A stretch of 63,829 bases of DNA, filler included, from Hyphochytrium catenoides (Eukaryota; Protista; Hyphochytriomycota), in assembly GCA_900088475.1 (NCBI GenBank). It is 7 parts of 7 records of this genome, joined end to end, with 100 filler letters (N's around TTAATTAATTAA, not from the genome) between each part and the next. Parts side by side here need not be neighbours in the genome. Positions count along the whole stretch, not along the records: positions 23,549 to 47,689 come from FLMG01002342.1; positions 47,790 to 54,567 come from FLMG01004733.1; 5 more parts are not named here. One strand, given 5' to 3'. Every line of letters starts with the position of its first letter. The first letter of the stretch is position 1. Shown here piece after piece: positions 40,072 to 51,700 of the stretch. The notes beneath the pieces were generated by a model, which was not told the origin of the DNA, searched no databases, and was given only the letters and a program-made list of their open reading frames with translations. The position numbers and the translations under genes are program-made.

Positions 40072-41467
40072 TCTCTGTCTGTCTCTCCTCCTTCCGAGTT
40101 TGCAGCCCGTTTTTTTTTCTTTTCCGGGATGCCATACCTGGCTGCCCCAGTTATTCTCTCCCGCTTGCTGCCGAAACTTCTCCTTTTCGTCGTCCCTAGC
40201 AGAGTGCGGGCAGGTAGAGAAAGAGAATGGAGTGAGCCAGGGCGTATGATATGTAGAAGAGCACAGCCAGCAGGACTAGCCAACGGTCCCTTAACAGGAA
40301 AGAGAGGAGAAGGAGAGACAAGAAAGAGAGAGAGAGGGAGAGAGAGAGAGAAAGAGAGAGAGAAAGAGAGAAAGAGAGCAGCGCTCTACCTCTTGCTTTG
40401 TTCAAGCTCTAAGAGTTTGGCCTGCAGGACTTCTAGAGCCGCTGCTTTGTTCTGATGCTGAGAGCGCTGAGCCTGACTGCTCGCCGTCAGCCCCGTCGGC
40501 AAGTGGACGATCCGCACCGCGCTGTCCGTTGTGTTGACGTGCTGAGCGGCAGGAGAGAGTAGGAAATGAGAGAAGACGGAGAGAGAAATACACAGAACAG
40601 ATAGACAGAAAGAGAGGGAGAGAGAGAGAGAGAAGGAGAGAAAAGAGTTAGAGGAAAGAAAGAAATCCAAGAGGAGAGGTTGCCAACAGGGAAGACTGAG
40701 CAGAGAAAGAGTCCACGTTGACAATTTCAATAGAAAAGTTGGGCAGAACGCGCAAAAGTGTTTGATAAGCAAAGGGAGACATATCTCTTCCTGCTGAGAA
40801 AGAGAGAGAAAGACCTAAGAGAGAGACGACGAAAAGCCTGAGTGTAGAGCGTAAACATCCTTTCTCTTCTTTCTCTACCTGTCCCCCCGCGCCAGAGGAT
40901 CTAAACGTATCAATTCTGAGGTCTTTCGGGTCCAGAGCAACCGGAGATGAGGCGCTCGCAATATCGCCTGAGAGGACCAACAGTTAGAACTCACGTCCCA
41001 TCTGATGTGTATTTCTGACCGTCGTCTTCTCGTTGTCGCTCTCTCCCTCTCTCTCTTTCCCTCCCCCTTTACACCCTTTGCTTCTGACATTCTCTCTCTC
41101 TACCTTGATTCTCTCTCCTTCCATTTTCCCTCAAGCTATGTCTCTCAGTCTGTTTCTCGGTCCACTCGTCTCTCCCTCTCTGTCTCTTCTCACCTCCCTC
41201 CTCTCAATTTAACCGACTCCTCTCCGTCTTCCTCCTCCCTTAATATTCTCTCGTGCACTCTCTCTCTCTCTCTCTCTCTCTCTCCTCCCTGAGCTAGTCA
41301 GTCCTCACCTCTGAAAGGGTAAACTCGCACTTGGGCGAAGGATGTTTGCCGTTTCCCCTAGAACATCGAGTGGTCAAGGTGACCAGAAGGTAAAAGGGAA
41401 GAAAGACATGGCGGAGCTCAGTTCCCGAGAGACATCATCCCATGAATAATGGTCGTGAAGGACTGAC

Positions 41468-41503
<36 letters not shown>

Positions 41504-41817
41504 ACTGATATACACGGATGAGAGAAAAAGAGAAAGGGCACAAGAAAGAGAGAGGGGAGACAGAACTGACAGGAGCGACAGTGAAGGTGACTGCGTCTAG
41601 AAATGAACAGGAGTGGGCAACAAGCAAACAGAGAGAGAAAGCATGGGAAAGATAAGACAGAGAAGAAAGAAGAGTAACGAACTAACTAACGACTGTCGCT
41701 CAGTAAAGGAGAGACGACCAACTACTCGACTCGAAGATAAGAGTCACACGTGACAGGCAGAGAAATAGAGACATAGAGAGGGAGGGAGGGAGAGAGAGAC
41801 AGAGAGAGACAGAGAGG

Positions 41818-41854
<37 letters not shown>

Positions 41855-42362
41855 CGAGAGAGAGAGAGAAAAAGAGAGAGCAAGAGAGAGAGAGAGCGAA
41901 AGAGCGAGAGAGAGAGAGAGAGAGAGAGCAAGAGAGAGAGAGAGAGCAAGAGAGAGAGAGAGAGAGAGCGAAAGAGCGAGAGAGAGAAAGAGAGAGAGAG
42001 GAAGAGAGAGAGAAAGAGAGAAGCCGTGGAAGAAAGAGGCGAAAGAAAGGGAGCTTGCGTTACCGTTGGATCGAAGGGTGACTTCCTGACTAATCTATGG
42101 ACTCCGACCTCGACATTGAGCCAGCCGTAGGCGTAAGGCCCTTCGATCTTCATCATCGCGCTCCTCGCACCGCCAGAGTCAGCCATGACCGTCTCCACCA
42201 CTTCCACTGACGGCGAGACGGATGAAAAAAGAAGGAAGAGAGAGAGAAAGAAAGAGAGAGAGGGGTACAGAGAAAGAGAAACGGGGTTAGAGAGAGAGAG
42301 AGGAGATGGGATTAAAAGAGTTAGCCAGGGAAAGTATATAGGGTAGCGGGCTAGGAAGGAAT

Positions 42363-42430
<68 letters not shown>

Positions 42431-42472
42431 GCAAGAGGGACATAGAATAAAGAGAGCACTTTCGATTGGGTC

Positions 42473-42505
<33 letters not shown>

Positions 42506-44174
42506 GAAGAGAAAGCGCTTTCAATGTGATCAGGGAGGTGAGAAGAATGAGGCACAAAGTGAGAGGGAGTCAAAAACATAGAGAGAGAAAAGTAAGAGAG
42601 AAATGAGCGAGAAGACTGAGTTCTCCATGCTCCTACCCTGATATCCTCGATCAGTGCCCCATCTCTCATACATCTTGACAAGCATCTCCACCCAGTCTCT
42701 GCTGTCTCTCCCACCTAAGGGAGAAGCGTGAGAGGCAGGCAAAAGACACACAGGAGCCAAGAGAGGACGAGAACAAGAGAGATAGAGAACGGCCTGAGAG
42801 AGGTATCTAAGAAAGAAAGAAAGAGAGAGAGGCAAGGAATGGGGAAAAGAGAGAAAGGACAAAAGAGGGGGAGAACAGCGGGCGAGAGAGAGAGGGAGGG
42901 CAAAAAAAAGAGAGAGAGAAAAGAAGAGAGAGAGAAAAGAAGAGAGAGAGAAAAGAAGAGAGAGAGTAAGAAAGAGAGAGAGACGGAGAGAGAGGGAATG
43001 TGATACAGCAGGCGGACGAGCGAGAGTACTCCAGAGCAAGTAAGGAGAAGAGGCAAAGAAAGAAGCTAATAGAGAAAGAAGTGAGAGTAGAATGACCTGG
43101 TCCTGCTAATATCTCTAAGAAACAGCCGCAGTTGTCCTCTGGGAGGAGGAGAGACTCGATTTCAGCGCTTCTTACTCTCTCTCCTAACTCCTGAAGGTCC
43201 AGCAGACACTGAGCCATAAGCTCCGAGTCTTCTTCCTCTTGAGACAGCTCTGACGTAACAGACAGGGAGGAGAGAAGTCCACAGAGACATTGAGGGAGAG
43301 GAGAGAGTGAGAAAGGAAGAGAAGGGGGGGAGGGGCGGAGGAGAGAGGTATTGAGATAGAGACAGAGAGGAGGGAGAGAAGGGGGGGGGGGTTGAGATAG
43401 AGACAGAGAGGAGAGAATGGGGGGAGATTGAGAGAGAGACAGAGAGGAGAGAGACAGAGAGGAGAGAGACAGAGAGGGAGAGAGAGATATTGAGAGAAGG
43501 GAGAGAGCGGGGCAGAGAGGGCGGGAGAGAGAGGCAAGAGAGAGAGCGACGGAAAGGTTACAGGAAAGGAAGAAGAAGAGGCGAAGTCTCTGCACAAGAG
43601 GGGATGAGAGAGAAAGAGGATGAGAGAGGTTGACGGAGCGAGCGAGGAAAGAGAGAGAGACAGCGAGGACAGGAGAGAGAAAGAGGTAGATAACGCACGG
43701 AACGGAGAGATCAGAGAGCGAGAGGTCCACACCGAAGAGACTTGTACACTCCTCCAAAGCTTCCTCCAGCGTCTGTGTGAGCTTGAGCTTCTTGTTCAGT
43801 GCACTTTGCTCCTGCAGCAAGCTATTGGCACGCGAGGGATTGTCCCATACATTTTGCTCCTGGAGCTCTCTCTCTATCGTCTCTTTCCTCTCCTCAAGCA
43901 CACTCAGTTGTGTGCGGCTCTTGATAGCCTCGATACCCGCGGACACCGTTGATACTGAGCTATGAAAGGCCGCGGATGTCTCCGTGTGCAACGGTGCAGA
44001 ACTCTCTGGAGATGGATTCTTCGTCGAGAAGCCCCGACAGGAGAGAAACAGAGACGGCTGCGGGTCCGGCTTAGGGAAGGAAGTGAGACATCGCCTGGGT
44101 GCCGGCTGCAAGCTGGAAGAGGGTCTTCGAGGCCGAACCAAGCTTCGTCGCACCTGCCTCAGGGTGCTTCTCAT
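39147..44174 (-). CDS. prfB: Organellar (mitochondrial) peptide chain release factor 2, about 11 exons
   Basis: Arg/Ser-rich presequence; [37 protein letters not shown] (SPF motif), [21 protein letters not shown]|[21 protein letters not shown]|IRSYVL, VKDHRT. Confidence 0.93.
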
Positions 44175-44820
44175 GGCTCAATTGGACACAGTCCTCGCCG
44201 TCTCTAAGCAAGCGTGTAGCGATGGCTTCCAGGATGCAACGCCCTTCACAACGAACCTATCGGCCGCGTCTTATATGTGGAAATTCTGTCTCTTGGTGGC
44301 AGCTCCAAAGCTACAGACACGGAGAATCTCTGGCTCTCTGCTGTCTGCTGGTCCATCGACTGGCTTGCTCCTTTCTGGGATCTCTGCAGACTGGATGATG
44401 AAGCTCGTTCCATCTCCTCATTGGTCTGCCTCATGCCTCTTCTCATGCTTCTGATGCTGTGTCAGTGATGATGGCTCCACGCTGGCTTGTGATTTAAGAA
44501 TCAGATCACCCTTTATACCTTTGCTAAAGATAATCACAGACATTGAGTTTCCCATTGTTAATATAACATATTGTGATCTTTTATTATTGATAACCAAGAA
44601 AGGATTATTGAAAGGATTACTAAATGGTTCTTCTGGGTTGTTCAATGGCCTGTGCAGACGAAGAAAAGCTTCAGAAATCAGAAACTGCATTTTTGGAGCT
44701 TCATTCTCATCGCTTCATCCTCTCTTTCTGATCAGCGGCCAGTGGAAGGGACGACTCTGCAGTCTGCAGACGGTGTTGAGATCGCAGAGCCAAGCGGAGG
44801 ACGTCTCAGGAGAAGTCAAG

Positions 44821-46607
44821 ATGTCTCTGTCACGCGCTCCAGTGGCCGATGTGTTGAAGTTTTTGCGGATCTGTGGGAGGCTCAAGGTGAAGCGAAGCAT
44901 CAGACGCCTCTGGAACTTTGCTCTGAGATCTTTTGTCAGCCTCAACCTGCTAATGTCGAGCTCTCACCCTCTGGCCTAACAGACAACCAAGCGGACTGGC
45001 TGGGTGAATCATGAGGTGCAGCTGCCGGAGTCTATCGCGGATCATATGTACCGCATGGCCATGTGTGCCCTGCTGGTGGACGGCACCAGTGGGACCGACA
45101 AGATTGATAGGAATAGGCAAGCAGAGCGCCAGTAGCTAGCCACTCGTCGTAACTCTTCCTCCTTTTTATTGGCTTCCTTTTTCTCTGCTACCCTTCTACT
45201 CGAATGTGGCTGCTTGCGTCTCTGTTAGTCTCTTTCTCCCCTCTCTTCTCTCTCTCACGCTCTCCCTCTCTGTCTCTAAGTGTGTGTCTTTCCTGTGGCT
45301 GCTGCGTATCTGTTAGTCTCTTTTTCTCTCTCTTCTCTCTGGCTGGCTGTCTGTGTCTGTCTGTCTGTGTGTCTCTCTCTCTGTTTCTCTTGTCAACCTG
45401 TCCTAGAACTCTTTCTTTCTGCACGGTTAGTGGCTTTACCTGACGTTCTGTGCCCTTCCTCCTCCCATGAATGTCTCATCTTGATCTTACTGTCCAGGAC
45501 GATAAAGATGGCGATAGTCCACGATCTAGCAGAGGCCATCGTTGGAGACATCACACCTCATGACGGTACCTCTCCCTTTCATTCTCTCTCTCTCTCTCTC
45601 TCTGTCTCTCTCCTCTCTCGCACTCTCCCCCTGTCTCTCTTTCCTTCTTTCTCAAGTTTCGTCTTTCCTTTCTCGCTGTCCCTTGGTTTCTTTCTCTCTT
45701 TCTGGGTTTATCTCCCCTCTCTGGCTGGCTCTCACTCTCATTTCTCTCTTCCTTTGGTCATATGCCTTCCTTTTGTCTACCTCGTAGGTGTTAGCAAGGA
45801 GGACAAGTTTCGGATGGAGGAGGTACCGCATCCTCTCACTCTCTCCCTTTCTCTCTCTCCCGCTTTTCCTCTCTCTCCCTTCGTTTCTAACTCACCACAC
45901 CTCTCTTTCTCTCTCTGTCTCTCTCTTTTTCTCTCTCTCCCTCCCGCTCTCTCTCTCTTCTACTTCTTGGGCTCCCTCTCCTCTTTCTCTAAATGATTGT
46001 CAAGGATCAGTTAGAACTTCGTTCTTTATCTTCGCTGTTCTGTGTATTCTTCCTTCCTCTACTAACAAGGGATATCCTTGGCACAGGAGGCGATGTTAGA
46101 GCTCAAACAGCTCGTTGGTGACACGATAGNNNNNNNNNNNNNNNNNNNNNNNNNNNNNAGAGAAGAGCCAGCTACAATGGTGAAAGAGAAAGAAAGTACG
46201 AGGAGGGAGAGCGGGAAACAGAGACGTGTAACCATCAGGGCGAAAACAAAAAGAAAAGAAGAGAGGGCGACGCGGTTGGGAAAAAATGATTAAAAGTGAA
46301 GAGCGAAAGTAAGAACGAAGCAGACTGACGCGTTGCGTCCTCTGTTTCTCTCTCTCTCTCTTTCTCTCTCTTTCCTTCTTTTTTCTTTCTTTCTTTCTTT
46401 CTTTCTTTCTTTTCTCTCTCTCTCTTCCTTACGTTTATTCCACCTTTTTCTCTCTCAGGCTCAGAGATTCACAATCTGTGGAAAGAGTATGAAGAAGGAG
46501 TGACAGCCGAAGCCCAATTCGTGAAGGTAGAGAATGGCGACAGAGGACGAAAAGGGGATTTCAGGCAGAGAAGATAGAGAGAACATGAGGGAGTTTAGAT
46601 TGAGAAC

Positions 46608-46645
<38 letters not shown>

Positions 46646-46653
46646 GAGAGAGT

Positions 46654-46685
<32 letters not shown>

Positions 46686-47316
46686 GAGACAGAGCTCTCG
46701 AACGGGGTCGCAGATGGAGAGAAGGGAAAGAGAAACGAAAGCACATGGACAAAAAGAGCTGAGAACAGGGCTTTCTCTTTCCGTAAAGGACATCGATAAG
46801 TTTGAGATGATACTGCAGGCTGATGAATATGAAGCAGGTAATACACGCCTGCTGTCCATCTCTCTCTCTCTCTGTCTCTCTCTCTCTCTGTCTCTATACC
46901 CTCTCTGTTTTATCTTCCGGAACTTCCGTTTCTTCTTGTCTTTCTGGACCTTCTACGTCCGTGGCCTTCAAGCTTTCATACTACTCTCTTGACCATCTGA
47001 TCTGCACTATTGCAGCATTACCTTCCCTTGAACTCTCTCCCACAATCTCTCTCCCCTCTATCTCCTTCTCCCCCATTACACCTCTTCTCTGCCCGACAGT
47101 CTCCCCAACAACTGTGTATCGCTATTCGTTAAGCCTCTCTCCACATCTCTCTCTCTCTCTCTCTCTTTTCTCTCCCTGGTAGCACAAGGGAAAGAGCTGG
47201 AGAGCTTTTTCACTTCGACTGTAGGCAAATTCCAGACCCCGGTGGTCAGCAGCTGGGCTGAGCAGCTGGTGAAAGAAAGAGAAGAGAGACAGAAGGGAGA
47301 GGGAGCTAACAAGTAG
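44821..47316 (+). CDS. HDDC2: HD-domain 5'-deoxynucleotidase (multi-exon; one probable GC-AG intron)
   Basis: LKTTKRTGWVNHEV..PESIADHMYRMA, MAIVHDLAEAIVGDITP, LWKEYEEG.TAEAQFVKDIDKFEMILQADEYE, LESFFTSTVGKF. Confidence 0.93.
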
Positions 47317-47363
47317 AGGACGTCTTTATCTCAACGGACGAGCTAACGAGAAGGAAGGAGGAT

Positions 47364-47399
<36 letters not shown>

Positions 47400-47689
47400 A
47401 ACATATCGAGAGAATCTCTCGGGGTCTCCACTGCAGCCCATTTATTCGGTTGAGATCTGTCTGGATATGAGACTCTATACATCCCCGTCTCTCTCTCGTT
47501 CCCCCGCTCAGCACTAGCTGCCCCGGTGGTTCAGTGGAGCCATGAAAGAGAGAGAGAATAGAGACACAGGAGGAGAGAGTGAGATGAGAAAAAGAAAGAA
47601 GATAGAAAGAGGAACAGCTCTAATGCACTTGACTTCGTTGATTATTTACTAATAATAACTCTCTGGGGAAGCCGTACTCTTTGTGCACC

Positions 47690-47789
47690 NNNNNNNNNNN
47701 NNNNNNNNNNNNNNNNNNNNNNNNNNNNNNNNNTTAATTAATTAANNNNNNNNNNNNNNNNNNNNNNNNNNNNNNNNNNNNNNNNNNNN
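47690..47789. other. Artificial contig linker
   Basis: 44 N + TTAATTAATTAA + 44 N. Confidence 0.97.
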
Positions 47790-48732
47790 ATTAATGGACT
47801 TATGCGTCGTGCCTTATTGTGGTGGCCTCTGCAGTTGGTGCTTACTTTATTGTTAACCTCTGTAAGCAACTGGGCCTAGCCGGCCTGACAACGTAGAAGG
47901 CAGAACGTTGCCTCTGGTGGCCTGTATGATAACCAACTACTGAAGGAAGCAGAATGACCTGAAGCGTGGACTATATCAACAAGGCATCTCCTAATATCAT
48001 GGCTATGAATTTGTGACTTAGCTCGTAGGATTTGTCTCTATTTCCAGTTGTTCTATCTGTCCTCTCCCTTTATCTCAAGTGCCTTCATCTTCCCAGCCCC
48101 ATGTTACTGCGTGCGCTGGTACGCACTGGTACTGACGCCTAACGAGCACGCATGGGCATACCAAGGGTGCTTGTGGACATGCTCCTTGTACGCCGTCATC
48201 CACTGCCTCCTTCCTAGCGCATTTGGTCATGATGTATTAACTATCCGTCCGACTTCCGTTTCAGTAGTTATGTCTTATTATTTTTTCTTCTTATGCTTCT
48301 TCTTGTTCTTCATCCTTCACTCTTTTTCTTACGGGAATTATGTATCAGTAGGTTGACCGTTCTCTTTCCCAACTTTTTACTGGTGATATCTCCTTTTTTC
48401 TTTGCAGGCCGCTTGCCACGCGTGTCGGTGGTGTAACCAGACGCAGAGGCAAGCAATTTGTCGTCATGGAGATGATCACAGTAATGATATTGCTGTGGCC
48501 AAAGACATCTTTTTCTTCGCTCTGTTTTTTAAAAACTTCTCCCTGTCTTCCTTTGTAGCTTGGTACAGTCGTCGTTGCATTTTTCTCCCTTTAACACCGA
48601 TAAATTAATTTATTAATATACTTGTTGGCTGTCTGCCGGTACTATCTTACAGCCTAATAAATATTTCATAAATAACGCCATTTATAAAATATGACATAAA
48701 TAATGCACTCGACTTCGTCTTCTACTCCTCAT

Positions 48733-51700
48733 TCAGCTGCTCCGCTCCGCAGTTGCAATGTTATACAGTCGTTCCATTTCAGCAATGCAGTCTTCTGGCA
48801 TCTGGAAATGATCAACCATCTCCTGGGTCACTTGTCAGCGAAGTAGATGCCTCTTCGCTCCTTGGGCATGGATATGCCGACGTACATGGCTTGCCGTGGG
48901 GTCGACTTGTACGAGTCTTGGCGGCGCCGTAGATCCCCTATGATAACCCCAATAAGCGTTACCCCTTGTACTTTCTCGGGGGTACAGGAGAAAGCAGGTA
49001 CAAATATATGCTGCCTTACAGACAGCTTAAATTTGCGACCGGATGAAAGGTTGACCTCAATACTTTTGGTTACCGGGCGAAGAAAAGCAAACGAATCTGG
49101 GAGGCCATCTGGCTGGTAATACCCATCCGGTCTTTTCTTATACAAGCGGACCACTACGTAGTCTGGCACTTGCTTAAGAACGTGGACAGGTATACCATCG
49201 TCTCTGTAGACAACCTCGTAGCTAGGGTCTTCACGAGAGGGTATCACATCGACGACGAATGCAATGGTTCCATTGGCAACCTTCAATGATGAAGCAAAGT
49301 CATTATGACTTATCATCACTGGCATGCCATTGTAAGCAGTAATGTTCATCGCTATTCGTCCAGTCTTATCATCGTCAAGGTACTTTAAGGAGTTAAAGTT
49401 GTAATTTCCCCTCGACGTGATTTTGGCGTCCCACTGGTAAACCGTGGGTCTGTTGTCACCCATACCAAGAAGTACTCTTGTTGTCATTAGATGATTCAAA
49501 GCACATCGATCGCTGTTAAGACCAACGACGATCGGTATGTAGCGCGGGCCAACGTGGTTTGGCGGAATGCTGAGGATTAGCGAATTAAGGAATGCGATGT
49601 CCTCAGCACTTAGCTTCTCAGTTCTGGACCTCCTGACGATGTCCGTATAGTGTTCGTCCGCCCCAAATCGCATGTTTTCTTCCAGGTAGACCACCGAATT
49701 TACCATGTCGTATATAGCTTTCCCCGTATGCTCCAGAGCTGAGGTGGTCGGGCCAACGGGTTCGAACAAACGCTTTCCGCCTGGAGGAGGGATCTGCAGC
49801 CAGTCTCCTGCTAGTAAGATATGTTTTCCTCCCATCGGTAAAGACTTACCAGCTAAGCTCCGCGCGGCTTCTTCGTCGAAGCCTCCCATGAGCTTTTGGG
49901 GAATCATTGACATCTCATCAAAGATTTGCAAGATGACCTGCCGTGATCTTCTCCTAGCTGCCACCGCCGGTACTCCACGACATTTACACGTCAGAATGTT
50001 AAGGTTCCGCAAGGAGTGCATTGTCCGGCCATAGACATTTAGCGCCGCTATACCCGAGAAAGCCGTGGTCTCTACCGCCCCCGATCGTCCCCAAAGTAGT
50101 GCATACTTCTGCAGAGCGGCAATTACCTGTGACTTCCCGGTACCACCTTCCCCAGTTAGAACCATCACCAGCTGCTTTTGTAAGGATTCCGCAATCTGTT
50201 CGTTGGCAGCAGTGAAGGCGTCTTTATCACCTAAATCGGTAATGAAGTGCATCAGTAGATGCCTCCCGAGAATCGTAAAGGCCCTATGTTGCTCTTCATT
50301 AAGCCGAAAAGCTAGAGACACATCTGCAAGTGAAGGGAACTGACATATGCTATTTGGCTCTGGTGGTGTAGGGGGAGGTTGGGTCCAGACGACATTGGAC
50401 ATCATAGCTGTCAAAATATCAAGGCGAGTAGGAAGATCTGGAAAGTCTGAGAGAAAATTCCTGAAGACGATAGGATCTGGCATTATTGCGTCGGCTTGCT
50501 CCTTCATTGCTTTGAGCTTATGGTCGTATTCTTCGGTAGTCATGTTGGACCGGAGCGCTCCGCCATCGTACGGCTGATATGGGCTCAGGAACTCCTGAGA
50601 AGCTCTCTGAAGCATGGGCTCGTACATCGGCTTTGCATCTAGCACACGCTGGAGGTATCGGGTATAATGATCGGCGTGCAGTGGAAAATCTTCGTCAAAC
50701 ATTGTATCCCCTCCATCGAGTACCTCGTCTTCTTCATCATTACTGGACGTGCCGTCTCCGAAAGCATCTTCTTCTAGGTCATCTCCATCTTCCTCTTCTC
50801 CTAGTGCCCGTTGATCCTCCAAGGTATTGGAGTCAGGGTGAGCTGCTTGTAAATCATCCTCTCGCGAAGCTCGCTCCGTCTGCCCGAGACGTCTGCTTTC
50901 GTAGAAGTCCGTGGAGAAGGCCATGTACTCCTTCGCGTCCGACGTTGGTTCCCAGCGTTCCCATTCGTCACTCCATGATTCTGACTGCTCATCCAAGAGT
51001 GTGTCGCGTCGATGCGGTTTGAACAAGAATAGAACCATCTTCTTGTAGAACTGCACCTTGTCCTCTGCGGCTGCTCCGTCATTGCTAGCAGAGGGAGATA
51101 GTAGATCAACATCAGGGAGAACACTGCCGAGTAGATTCAGTATCAATCTGGTTCGGTTCTTCTTGATGTGTCGTGTCCTGCACACGGGATGATCTCTGTG
51201 AAGGGGGTACTTTGGCACTGACCTCGAACTTTTCTTGGGAATGAGGCGATAATTTTCCACGAAGTGAATAAAGCTCATCTCCTCAAACTCATCTGTTTCT
51301 GTTCTTAGCCAGTAGTCCTCTACTATCGAGTTCTGGTAGACAATAGGAGCATCTTCATCATCGATAAAGACGGGAACCTGCACCTCATCATCATCATTAG
51401 CGCCATCAGGAAGGAGTGCCGCTAACTTGAAGATGATGTGCTTTGTGGACACGTGGACAAATTCATGGGACATCTTGAATGGGGATCCTTGTAGAAGATA
51501 AAGAGTGGCCATTGGAGCCGCAATTTCTTGCTTGTTCGTCATCTTGTACAGCATCCCCATAATGATCCTTGCACCACGTCTGTCAGGTGTGATGTTAGGC
51601 TCATTTACCGATGCTGATGCAGCTGTACGGTCATAAGATGCCAGCATGTAGGCAGCCAGGTTCTCGATTGTCTTGAGCGGCTTGGTACAGTACTTCAAAC

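Larger units (their letters stand above)
23549..47689. repeat. Dense imperfect (CT)n/(GA)n microsatellite arrays in introns and intergenic DNA (also in contigs 54668-59950 and 62505-63829)
   Basis: Dozens of tracts, e.g. 30460-30540, 34690-34975, 41790-42020, 55495-55545, 57240-57280. Confidence 0.95.

Noticed and set aside
39147-44174. prfB, TauE and the kinase as bacterial contamination
   Set aside because: All carry spliceosomal introns and host-style microsatellites and sit among eukaryotic genes.
47790-48730. Helitron 3' terminus or a captured gene fragment
   Set aside because: No convincing hairpin plus CTRR terminus or recognisable ORF by eye; a multi-copy alignment is needed.
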